A DNA stretch of 64,000 nucleotides from Tubulanus polymorphus (lineage: Eukaryota; Animalia; Nemertea), in assembly GCF_964204645.1 (NCBI RefSeq), contig NC_134030.1, positions 2,029,355 to 2,093,354 on the forward strand, in the 5' to 3' direction. The notes beneath the pieces were generated by a model, which was not told the origin of the DNA, did no database searches, and saw only the letters and a program-made list of their open reading frames with translations. Position numbers and translations under genes: made by a program. The first letter of the stretch is position 1. Each line of letters starts with the position of its first letter. Positions 37,801-50,724 of the stretch are shown here, one piece after another.

Positions 37801-40800
37801 TAAGGACGATTAGGAAACATAAGAATCATAATTCAGCGATATATGATACAATATGTACACAGAACCAACACCAGCGACATTTTAAAGATGCAACCACCAC
37901 AAAGCTATCAATGAATAGCTCTTTTGAATAATTTAGAATTCAAATTTAAAATTAAAGGAGGTCATCAGTGTTGTAACACACTGATAATTCAGCTCGTTTG
38001 TCACGTTTCTACATGACAGTTGAAGAAGGAATGAGGAGACTCCTTAACTCATTATCACCCCAAAACAGAGTGTATCAATTAACACCCAGCAGCAGGATTA
38101 AAGGAGGTCGTCAGTGTTGTAACACACTGATAATTCAGTCCGTTTGTCACGTTTCTACATGACAGTTGAAGAAGGAAGGAGGAGACTCCTGCACTCAATA
38201 TCACCCCAAAACAGAGTGTATCAGTTAACACACAGCAGCAAGCAGCAGTATTAAAGGAGGTCATCAGTGTTTTAACACACTGATAATTCAGTCCGCTTGT
38301 CACGTTTCTACATAACAGTTGAAGAACTGTGTCATTATAAGGATAATCAGGAAACAGAATCAATCATAATTCAGCGACATATGATACAATATATACAGAA
38401 CCAACACCAGCGACATTTCAAAGATACAACCACCACAAAGCTATCGATGGATAGCTCCTTTGAATATTTATAAATTTGAAACTGTGTCGTTATAAGGATG
38501 ATCAGGAAACAGAATCAATCATAATTCAGCGACACATGATGCAATGTATACAGAACCAAGACCAGCGACATTTCAATGATACAACCACCACAAAGCTATC
38601 GATGGATAGCTGCTTTGAGTATTTATACATTTAAAAGTTTAAGTCGTTATAAGGACGATCAGGAAACAAAATAATCAATCCAAATTCACCGACATATATT
38701 ACAATATATACATTGAACCAACACCGGCGACATTTCAATGATACAACCACCACAAAGCTATCGTTGGATAGCTCCTTTGAATATTTAAACATTTGCAACT
38801 TTAAGTCGTTATAAGGACGATCAGGAAACATAAGAATCATAATTCAGCGACATATGATACAATATGTACACAGAACCAACACCAGCGACATTTCAAAGAT
38901 GCAACCACCACAAAGCTATCAATGGATAGCTCTTTTGAATATTCATCCATTTAAAATGTAAAGTCGCAATAAGGACGATCAGGAAACAAAATAATCAATT
39001 CCAATTCACCGACATATATTACAATATATACATTGAACCAACACCAGCGACATTTCAATGATACAACCACCACAAAGCTATCATTGGATAGCTCCTTTGA
39101 ATATTTAAACATTTGAAACTTTAAGTCGTTATAAGGACGATCAGGAAACATAAGAATCATAATTCAGCGACATATGATACAATATGTACACAGAACCAAC
39201 ACCAGCGACATTTCAAAGATGCAACCACCAAAAAGCTATCAATGGATAGCTCTTTTGAATATTCATCCATTTAAAATGTAAAGTCGCAATAAGGACGATC
39301 AGGAAACAAAATAATCAATCCCAATTCACCGACATATATTACAATATATACATTGAACCAACACCAGCGACATTTCAAAGATGCAACCACCACAAAGCTA
39401 TCAATGGATAGCTCTTTTGAATAATTTAGAATTCAAATTTAAAATTAAAGGAGGTCATCAGTGTTGTAACACACTGATAATTCAGCTCGTTTGTCACGTT
39501 TCTACATGACAGTTGAAGAAGGAAGGAGGAGACTCCTTAACTCATTATCACCCCAAAACAGAGTGTATCAATTAACACCCAGCAGCAAGCAGCAGTATTA
39601 AAGGAGGTCATCAGTGATGTAACACACTGATAATTCAGTCCGTTTGTCACGTTTCTACATAACAGTTGAAGAACTGTGTCATTATAAGGATAATCAGGAA
39701 ACAGAATCAATCATAATTCAGCGACATATGATACAATATATACAGAACCAACACCAGCGACATTTCAAAGATACAACCACCACAAAGCTATCAATGGATA
39801 GCTCCTTTGAATATTTAAAAATTTAAAACTGTGTCGTTATAAGGATAATCAGGAAACAGAATCAATCATAATTCAGCGACATATGATACAATATATACAG
39901 AACCAACACCAGCGACATTTCAAAGATGCAACCACCACAAAGCTATCAATGGATAGCTCTTTTGAATATTCATACATTTAAAATGTAAAGTCGCAATAAG
40001 GACGATCAGGAAACAAAATAATCAATCCCAATTCACCGACATATATTACAACATATACATTGAACCAACACCAGCAACATTTCAATGATACAACCACCAC
40101 AAAGCTATCATTGGATAGCTCCTTATATTTAAACATTTAAAACTTTAAGTCGCAATAAGGATGATCAGGAAACATAAGAATCATAATTCAGCGACATATG
40201 ATACAATATGTACACAGAACCAACACCAGCGACATTTCAAAGATGCAACCACCACAAGGCTATCATTGGATAGCTCCTTTGAATATTTAAACATTTAAAA
40301 CTTTAAGTCGTTATAAGGATGATCAGAAAACAGAATCAATCAAAATTCAGCGACATGTGATACAATATGTACACAGAACCAACACCAGCGACATTTCAAT
40401 GATACAACCACCACAAAGCTATCAATGGATAGCTCTTTTGAATATTTTTAAATTCTAAAGATAAAGTCCTAATGAGGACAATTGGGAAGCAGAAACAATC
40501 ATAATTCAGCGACATATGATTCAATATATACAGAACCAACACCAGCGACATTTCAAAGATACAACCACCACAAAGCTATCGATGGATAGCTCCTTTGAAT
40601 ATTTATAAATTTAGAATTGTGTCGTTATAAGGATGATCAGGAAACAGAATCAATCATAATTCAGCGACATATGATACAATATATACAGAACCAACACCAG
40701 CGACATTTCAATGATACAACCACCACAAAGCTATCGATGGATAGCTGCTTTGAGTATTTATACATTTAAAACTTTAAGTCGTTATAAGGACGATTAGGAA

Positions 40801-43030
40801 ACATAAGAATCATAATTCAGCGATATATGATACAATATGTACACAGAACCAACACCAGCGACATTTCAAAGATGCAACCACCACAAAGCTATCAATGAAT
40901 AGCTGCTTTGAATATCAATACATTCAAAACTTTAAGTCGTTATAATGACGACCAGGAAACAGAATCAATCATAAGTCAGTGATATATGATACAATATGTA
41001 CACAGAACCAACACCAGCGACATTTCAATGATACAACCACCACAAAGCTATCAATGGATAGCTCCTTTGAATATCAATACATTCAAAACTTTAAGTCATT
41101 ATAAGGACGATCAGGAAACAGGATCAATCATAAGTCAGTGATATATGATACAATATGTACACAGAACCAACACCAGCGACATTTCAAAGATGCAACCACC
41201 ACAAAGCTATCAATGGATAGCTCTTTTGAATATTTTTAAATTCTAAACATAAAGTCCTAATGAGGACAATCGGGAAGCAGAAACAATCATAATTCAGCGA
41301 TATATGATACAATATGTATACAGAACCAACACCAGCGACATTTCACTGATACAACCACCACAAAGCTATCAATGGATAGCTCCTTTGAATATCAATACAT
41401 TCAAAACATTAAGTCGTTATAAGGACGATCAGGAAACAGAATCAATCATAAGTCAGTGATATATGATACAATATGTACACAGAACCAACACCAGCGACAT
41501 TTCAAAGATGCAACCACCACAAAGCTTTCAATGGATAGCTCTTTTGAATAATTAAGAATTCAAATTTAAAATTAAAGGAGGTCATCAGTGTTGTAACACA
41601 CTGATAATTCAGTTCCTTTGTCACGTTTCTACATGACAGTTGAAGAAGGAAGGAGGAGACTCCTTAACTCATTATCACCCCAAAACAGAGTGTATCAATT
41701 AACACCCAGCAGCAAGCAGCAGTATTAAAGGAGGTCGTCAGTGTTGTAACACACTGACAATTCAGTCCGTTTGTCACGTTTCTACATGACAGTTGAAGGA
41801 GGAAGGAGGAGACTCCTGTGCTCAATATCACCCCAAAGCGAAGTGTATCAATTAACACCCAGCAGCAAGCAGCAGTATTAAAGGAGGCAATCAGTGTTGT
41901 AACACACTGACAATTCAGTTTGTTTGTCACGTTTCTACATGACAGTTGAAGAAGGAAGGAGGAGACTCCTTAACTCATTATCACCCCAAAACAGAGTGTA
42001 TCAATTAACACCCAGCAGCAAGCAGCAGTATTAAAGGAGGCCATCAGTGTTGTAACACACTGACAATTCAGTCCGTTTGTTACGTTTCTACATGACAGCT
42101 GAAGAAGGAAGGAGGAGACTCCTTAACTCATTATCACCCCAAAACAGAGTGTATCAATTAACACCCAGCAGCAAGCAGCAGTATTGAAGGAGGTCGTCAG
42201 TGTTGTAACACACTGATAATTCAGTTCGTTTGTCACGTTTCTACATGACAGTTGAAGCAGGAAGGAGGAGACTCCTGCACCCAATATCACCCCAAAACTG
42301 AGTGTATCAATTAACACCCAGCAGCAAGCAGCAGTATTTAAGGAGGATGATTCATGATGTTATAATGTTTAATGTAATAATTCAAGAAGGTAAGGGAAAG
42401 AGAAAAAATTCTCAATATCACCTCTAAATCAAAGAATCAACACCCAGCAGCAAGCAGCAGTATTAAAGGAGGTCGTCAGTGTTGTAACACACTGATAATT
42501 CAGTTCGTTTGTCACGTTTCTACATGACAGTTGAAGAAGGAAGGAGGAGACTCCTGAACTCAATATCACCTCAAAACAGAGTGTATCAATTAACACCTAG
42601 CAGCAAACAGCAGTATTAAAGGAGGTCGTCAGTGTTGTAACGCACTGATAATTCAGTTCGTTTGTCACGTTTCTACATGACAGTTGAAGAAGGAAGGAGG
42701 AGACTCCTGAACTCAATATCACCCCAAAACAGAGTGTATCAATTAACACCTAGCAGCAAACAGCAGTATTAAAGGAGGTCATCAGTGTAATTTGATAATG
42801 TAATTATGTAATGATTCATGATATTATAATGTTTAATGTAATAATTCTATTGTAATAATGTTTAATGTAGTAATACAAGAAGGTAAGGGAAAGAGATACA
42901 ATTCTCAATATCACCTCTAAATCAAAAACACACAGCAGCAACGAGCAGTATTTGAATAAGGCAGCTATCAGTGTTGTAAGTCACTGACAATTCCTTGTAC
43001 CTCACAGTTCTACTTGACGATTCAAGAAGG
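22800..43030. repeat. Compound satellite array: A monomers (155/158/162 bp) and B monomers (153 bp) in ~6-kb higher-order repeats
   Basis: A core AACCAACACCAGCGACATTTCAA...AGCTATCNNTGGATAGCT; B core TTAAAGGAGGTCATCAGTGTTGTAACACACTGA. Identical or near-identical ORFs recur at offsets 6313, 5993 and 4202. Edges are degenerate. Confidence 0.96.
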
Positions 43031-43249
43031 TCAGGTTGATTTAGCAGTAATTTAGCCACAGTGTTTTGTAACACTTAACTTCCGTCACCACCAATTGATT
43101 TAGCAGTAATTCACCCAGAGTGTTTTTATTTTTAACTTTTAACTTTCATCACTACCAATTGATTTAGCAGTAATTCACCTACTTTTACTTCACTTTTATC
43201 ATAGTTTGAAATGAGCCGCAATCAATGAACAGTTCAAACTTTTCTATTG

Positions 43250-46200
43250 AGGAAACCACAGCAAAAAACTAAATGTATACAAACAATTGAGTGTCTTATT
43301 TAATTGTCAAATATTAAATCAAAAGGAGGAGGGACTAATGTATTGTAATGGTATCAATGCTACGAATGTATGTAAAAATTACTGATAAAATGTATTGCTA
43401 AAACATATGTTTAAAAGAGGCAGTTTAATGTCATACCACAGGACAAAACAGATTAAAAAAAAAAAGAGAGTTTAGAAAAGAAAGAGAAATAAAAACTACT
43501 ATTTACAAATTTACAATATTTACAAGAAAGTTAAAAAAAGAGAGAGAAATAAAAACTACTATTTACAAATTTACAAGAAAGTTAAAAAAAAAGAAATAAA
43601 AAAAAAATATTTACAAATTTACAATATTTACAAGAAAGTTAAAAAAAGAGAGAGAGAAATAAAAACTACTATTTACAAATGTACAATATTTACAAGAAAG
43701 GTTAAAAACTGTTAAAAAGAGGCAGTTTAACGTCGTACCACAGGACAAAACAGATAAAAAAAAGGGAGTTTAGAAAAGAAAGAGAAATAAAAACTACTTT
43801 TTACAAATTTACAATATTTACAAGAAAGTTAAAAAAAGAGAGAGAAATAAAAAAAAATATTTACAAATTTACAATATTTACAAGAAAGTTAAAAAAAGAG
43901 AGAGAGAAATAAAAACTACTATTTACAAATTTACAAGAAAGTTAAAAAAAAGAAATAAAAAAAAATATTTACAAATTTACAATATTTACAAGAAAGTAAA
44001 AAAAGAGAGAGAGAAATAAAAACTACTATTTACAAATGTACAATATTTACAAGAAAGGTTAAAAACTGTTAAAAAGAGGCAGTTTAACGTCGTACCACAG
44101 GACAAATGTTAAAAAGTTTTTAAGAAAATATTCCGGAATGTAATATGCAGTAAAAATTAAAATCATAAAAATATATATACACTAATAAAAAGATAAAATC
44201 GAATAACTATTTACAAATTTACAATATTTACAAGAAATAAAAACTAATATTTACAAATTTACAATAGAGGAATAAAAACTAATATTTACAAATTTACAAT
44301 ATTTACAAGAGAGAAAGAAAAGAGAGAGAGAAAGAAAAGAGAGAGAGAAGGAGGGAAACGGAGGGAAATAAAAACTACTATTTACAAATTTACAATATTT
44401 ACAAGAGAGAGAGAGGGACAGAAAGAGAGAGAGAAAGAGAGAGAGAAGAGAGATGAGGGAGAGAGAGAGGAGAGAGGAGGGAGAGAGAGGAGTGAGAGGA
44501 GAGAGAGAGGGGAGAGAGGAGGGAGAGAGAGGAGGAAGGAGAAAGGAAAGGGGTGAGAGGAAGAGAAGAGAGGAGAGAGTTAGTGGGTTAGAGAGAGAGG
44601 AAGAGAGAGTTAGTGGGTTAGAAAGAGAGAGAGAGAGTTAGTGGGTTAGAGAAAGAGGAAGAGAGAGTTAGTGGGTTAGAGAAAGAGGGAAAGGATAGAG
44701 AGAGGGAAAGGATAGAGGGGGAAAGGATAGAGACAGAGAGGGAAAGGATAGAGAGACAGAGAAAAAGAATAGAGACAGAGAGAGAAAGGACAGAGACAGG
44801 GAGGGAAAGCATAGAGACAGAGAGGGAAAGGATAGAGACAGAGAGGGAAAGGATAGAGACAGGTAGAAAGAAGGGGTGATAAAAACGATAAAACATATGG
44901 GTAAAAACAATAAAACAAATGATAAAACATATGGGTAAAATGATAAAAAATGATAAAAACTGTTAAAAAGAGGCAGTTTAACGTCGTACCACAGGACAAA
45001 CAGATAAAAATCGCTGATAAAATCTATTGATAAAACGTATTGTTTAAAAGAGACAGTTTAGAAAAGAAAGAGAAATAAAAACTACTATTTACAAATTTAC
45101 AATATTTACAAGAAAGTTGAAAAGAGAGAGAGAAATAAAAACTACTATTTACAAATGTACAATATTTACAAGAAAATTAAAAAAAGAGAAATAAAAACAA
45201 CTATTTACAAATTTACAATATTTACAAGAAAGTTAAAAGAGAAATAAATACTGCTATTTACAAATTTACAATATTTACAAAAGAGAGAGAGGGGGAGAGA
45301 AAAGAAAGAGAGAGTGGGTAAAATTATAAAAAATGATAAAAACTGTTAAAAAGAGGCAGTTTAACGTCATACCACAGGACAAACAGATAAAAATCACTAA
45401 TAAAATGTATTGATAAAACGTATTGTTAAAAAGAGGCAGTTTAACGTCATACCACAGGACAAACAGATAAAATCACTGATAAAATGTATTGATAAAACGT
45501 ATTGTTAAAAAGAGGCAGTTTAATGTCATACCACAGGACAACTTGTAAACACACTAGCAATACTACTCATGTTTGTAGGTAAAGTATTTTAGACAATTAT
45601 ATAACTTTTTCAACCTCTGCAATATCAATTCTACAAGTTATCTTTAAAATTGTTTATATGAAATAAACCAACTAAACAGAATGTAGCATTGAATTTATAT
45701 TAATGTTATCAGGAGCTGAAAATCCTAATCCACTGTTTCAGTACATGTATCAATGTTTCAGTACATGTATCAATGTTTCAGTACATGTATCAAACTTTCA
45801 ATGTTTAATAAAGTTTCACTACTATCAATTAACTCAGCAGTCTACAAAAGATTTGCGTCTTACTTATTTCGTGATGAGAGAGAGGAGAGAGAGTGGAGTC
45901 ATGTAGGAAATGTAGCGATACACCTTTCAAAGTGTTTTTACAAATGCAAATCAGTCTATTCTAGACTATGGACGTTTATTGCTGGAGGAGACAAACCGTA
46001 TTCCAATTGAATCCATTTTTAGCTTTAAGACGTTTATAATACCAGCATTCATCATCATCAACCCAAAGCTGAATTACTTCAAACCAATAAGAAGAGATAT
46101 ACTGCAACCAACGACCTGTGAGGGGAAATTATGCTCAATCATTGAGATGATTGCTTAGAGCTGCAACCAATGAAGTGAAATCCAATCAATGAGGGAAAAG

Positions 46201-47210
46201 TATACTGCAACTGATTAGGGGAAGTGAACTGCAAACCTGTGAGGGGAAATTATGCTCAATCATTGAGATGATTGAGCATAGCTTCAACCGATGAAGTGAA
46301 ATCCAATCAATGAGGGAAAAGTATACTGCAACCGATTAGGGGAAGTGAACTTCAAACCTGTGAGGGGAAATTATGCTCAATCATTGAGATGATTGAGCAT
46401 AGCTTCAACCGATGATGGTAAATAATATTTCGAACCAGTGAGGGGTAATTATACCGCAATCCACGAGGGATCGTGCAAACCAGTGGTAGTTATAGACACT
46501 TGCAATCTAGCAGATTAGAGATCAAAGGAAGCAACGTCACTCCAATCCTTATTTCTTGACGTAAAATTAAATGCTCTTTTGTCTTTGATAAATTGTATTT
46601 GAAATAAAACACTACAATTTTCTTAACTAGAATCTTCTTTCAAATGTTAAACAAAAAGGAGGAAGGACTAAATGTAATGGTATCAATGCTACAAATGTAT
46701 GTAAAAAGTGAAAAGTAATAGTTTGAAACCAAGCGTGAATGCATTCATTCTGTTGTATTGAATAAAGTGAGATTTGATGACAATTACGAACATATATTAA
46801 AATTGGCTCTAAAATAGTTTCAATTAAAAAATAGATATCTATTAGTTTGAAAATTTAAAACGTTTTCAAGAAAAGAAACTCTTAAAAATGTACAAATAAT
46901 TGTTTAAAAAGTTTTTAAGAAAATATTCCGGAATGTAATATGTAGTAAAAATTAAAATCATAAAAATATATATACACTAATAAAAAGATAAAAACGAATA
47001 ACTATTTACAAATTTACAATATTTACAAGAGAGAAATAAAAACTACTATTAACAAATTTACAATATTTACAAGAGAGGAATAAAAACTAATATATTTACA
47101 AATTTACAATATTTACAAGAGAGAAAGAAAAGAGAGAGAGAAAGAAAAGAGAGAGAGAGAGGGGGAAACGGAGGGAAATAAAAACTACTATTTACAAATT
47201 TACAATATTT

Positions 47211-47274
<64 letters not shown>

Positions 47275-50200
47275 GAGAAGGAAGAGAGATGAGGGAGAGA
47301 GAGAGGAGAGAGGAGGGAGAGAGAGAGAGAGAGGAGGGAGAGGAGAGAGAGAGGGGAGAGAGGAGGGAGAGAGAGGAGGGAGGAGAAAGGAGAGGGGTGA
47401 GAGGAAGAGAAGAGAGAGAGGAGAGAGTTAGTGGGTTAGAGAGAGAGGAAGAGAGAGTTAGTGGGTTAGAAAAAGAGAGAGAGTTAGTGGGTTAGAGAAA
47501 GAGGAAGAGAGAGTTAGTGGGTTAGAGAAAGAGGGAAAGGATAGAGAGAGGGAAAGGATAGAGGGGGAAAGGATAGAGACAGAGAGGGAAAGGATAGAGA
47601 GACAGAGAAAAAGAATAGAGACAGAGAGAGAAAGGACAGAGACAGGGAGGGAAAGCATAGAGACAGAGAGGGAAAGGATAGAGACAGAGAGGGAAAGGAT
47701 AGAGACAGGTAGAAAGAAGGGGTGATAAAAACGATAAAACATATGGGTAAAAACAATAAAACAAATGATAAAACATATGGGTAAAATGATAAAAAATGAT
47801 AAAAACTGTTAAAAAGAGGCAGTTTAACGTCATACCACAGGACAAATAGATAAAAATCACTAATAAAATGTATAAATAAAACGTATTGTTAAAAAGAGGC
47901 AGTTTAATGTCATACCACAGGACAACTTGTAAACTGAGGTACACTAGCAATACTACTCATGTTTGTAGGTAAAGTATTTTAGACAATTATATAACTTTTT
48001 CAACCTCTGCAATATCAATTCTACAAGTCATCTTTAAAATTGTTTATTTGAAATAAACCAACAAAACAGAATGTAGCATTGAATTTATATTAATGTTATC
48101 AGGAGCTGAAAATCCTAATCCACTGTTTCAGTACATGTATCAATGTTTCAGTACATGTATCAATGTTTCGGTACATGTATCAAACTTTCAATGTTTAATA
48201 AAGTTTCACTACTATCAATTAATTCAGCAGTCTACAAAAGATTTGCGTCTTATTATTTCGTGATGAGAGAGAGGAGAGAGAGTGGAGTCATGTAGGAAAT
48301 GTAGCGATACACCTTTCAAAGTGTTTTTACAAATGCAAATCAGTCTATTCTAGATTATGGACGTTTATTGCTGGAGGAGACAAACCGTATTCCAATTGAA
48401 TCCATTTTTAGCTTTAAGACGTTTATAATACCAGCATTCATCATCATCAACCCAAAGCTGAATTACTTCAAACCAATAAGAAGAGATATACTGCAACCAT
48501 CGACCTGTGAGGGGAAATTATGCTCAATCATTGAGATGATTGCTCAGAGCTGCAACCAATGAAGTGAAATCCAATCAATGAGGGAAAAGTATACTGCAAC
48601 CGATTAGGGGAAGTGAACTTCAAACCTGTAAGGGGAAATTATGCTCAATCATTGAGATGATTGAGCATAGCTTCAACCAATGAAGTGAAATCCAATCAAT
48701 GAGAGAAAAGTATACTGCAACTGATTAGGGGAAGTGAACTTCAAACCTGTGAGGGGAAATTATGCTCAATCATTGAGATGATTGAGCATAGCTTCAACCG
48801 ATGATGGTAAATAATATTTCGAACCAGTGAGGGGTAATTATACCGCAATCCACGAGGGATCGTGCAAACCAGTGGTAGTTATAGACACTTGCAATCTAGC
48901 AGATTAGAGATCAAAGGAAGCAACGTCACTCCAATCCTTATTTCTTGACGTAAAATTAAATGCTCTTTTGTCTTTGATAAATTGTATTTGAAATAAAACA
49001 CTACAATTTTCTTAACTAGAATCTTCTTTCAAATGTTAAATAAAAAGGAGGAAGGACTAAATGTAATGGTATCAATGCTACAAATGTATGTAAAAAGTGA
49101 AAAGTAATAGTTTGAAACCAAGCGTGAATGCATTCATTCTGTTGTATTGAATAAAGTGAGATTTGATGACAATTACGAACATATATTAAAATTGGCTCTA
49201 AAATAGTTTCAATTAAAAAATAGATATCTATTAGTTTGAAAATTTAAAACGTTTTCAAGAAAAGAAACTCTTAAAAATGTACAAATAATTGTTTAAAAAG
49301 TTTTTAAGAAAATATTCTGGGATGTAATATATAATAAAAATTAAAATCATAAAAATATATATACACTAATAAAAAGATAAAAACGATAAAAAGATAAAAA
49401 GAGAATAACTATTTACAAATCTACAATATTTACAAGAGAGAAATAAAAACTACTATTAACATATTTACAATATTTACAAGAGAGGAATAAAAACTACTAT
49501 TTACAAATTTACAATATTTACAAGAGAGAAAGAAAAGAGAGAAAGAAAAGAGAGAGAGAGAGAGAGGGGGGGAAACGGAGGGAAATAAAAACTACTATTT
49601 ACAAATTTACAATATTTACAAGAAAGAGAGAAAGAGAGAGAGAAGAGAGATGAGGGAGAGAGAGAGGAGAGAGGAGGGAAAAGAGGAGAGAGGAGGGAGA
49701 GAGAGGAGGGAGAGGAGAGAGAGGGGAGAGAGGAGGGAGAGAGAGGAGGAAGGAGAAAGGAAAGGGGTGAGAGGAAGAGAAGAGAGAGAGGAGAGAGTTA
49801 GTGGGTTAGAGAGAGAGGAAGAGAGAGTTAGTGGGTTAGAAAAAGAGAGAGAGTTAGTGGGTTAGAGAAAGAGGAAGAGAGAGTTAGTGGGTTAGAGAAA
49901 GAGGGAAAGGATAGAGAGAGGGAAAGGATAGAGGGGGAAAGGATAGAGACAGAGAGGGAAAGGATAGAGAGACAGAGATAAAGGATAGAGACAGAGAGAG
50001 AAAGGACAGAGACAGGGAGGGAAAGCATAGAGACAGAGAGAGAAAGGATAGAGACAGAGAGGGAAAGGATAGAGACAGGTAGAAAGAAGGGGTGATAAAA
50101 ACGATAAAACATATGGGTAAAAACAATAAAACAAATGATAAAACATATGGGTAAAATGATAAAAAATGATAAAAACTTTTAAAAAGAGGCAGTTTAAAGT

Positions 50201-50430
50201 CGTACCACAGGACAAACAGATAAAAATCACTGATAAAATGTATGGATAAAACGTATTGTTAAAAAGAGGCAGTTTAACGTCATACCACAGGACAAACAGA
50301 TAAAATCACTGATAAAATGTATGGATAAAACGTATTGTTAAAACGAGGCAGTTTAATGTCATACCACAGGACAACTTGTAAACAGAGGTACACTAGCAAT
50401 ACTACTCATGTTTGTAGGTAAAGTATTGTC
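43250..50430. repeat. ~2.4-2.8-kb unit repeated about three times, containing GA-rich tracts and nested minisatellites
   Basis: Homologous GA-rich ORFs at 44453, 47289 and 49650 (offsets 2836 and 2361). Nested repeats: ATTTACAAATTTACAATATTTACAAG, an 80-bp AAAAAGAGGCAGTTTAACGTCATACCACAGGAC unit, 20-bp TGTTTCAGTACATGTATCAA and a 121-bp hairpin unit. Confidence 0.9.
46095..46415. repeat. 121-bp repeat x3 with a 13-bp hairpin, perfect in two of three units (second block 48485-48805)
   Basis: ACCTGTGAGGGGAAAT at 46113, 46235 and 46356; TATGCTCAATCAT-TGAG-ATGATTGAGCATA. Confidence 0.88.
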
Positions 50431-50724
50431 AATCATTATCGGAACCAAAGTGATTTCAGAATGGAATAACTGGGTCAGGCCAATCACTGGTACTACACAA
50501 CCAAAGAAAGAGTGTTTACCACGTGGTATTTTAGGCCAGGTCTTACCTCCCAATGATAGTGCCACCTATATTCTATTTAGCTTTTTGTGCGATGATTTGT
50601 ACATTGATACATCCTCAATCCGCTAACACAAACCCAGGTCGTAAACCCTTCATTGGTCTCTTAACTACCAATATCAAGAAAACCGGGCGTAATTAAAACT
50701 GCTGTTAGCGCTTAAATATTTTCA

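Noticed and set aside
24049-42317. About 25 repeated short ORFs as a peptide gene family
   Set aside because: They are slices of satellite monomers, frequently broken by frameshifting subtypes, with no individual promoters or poly(A) signals evident; kept only as a low-interest origin hypothesis
44575-44685. GTTAGTGGGTTAG as interstitial telomere
   Set aside because: Only isolated GGGTTAG heptamers; no tandem TTAGGG
45345-45545. CRISPR-like 35-bp repeats at ~80-bp period
   Set aside because: Spacers are near-identical, the context is eukaryotic and there are no cas genes
44453-50230. E/R/G-rich and L/S/P-rich ORFs
   Set aside because: Translations of GA/TC simple repeats
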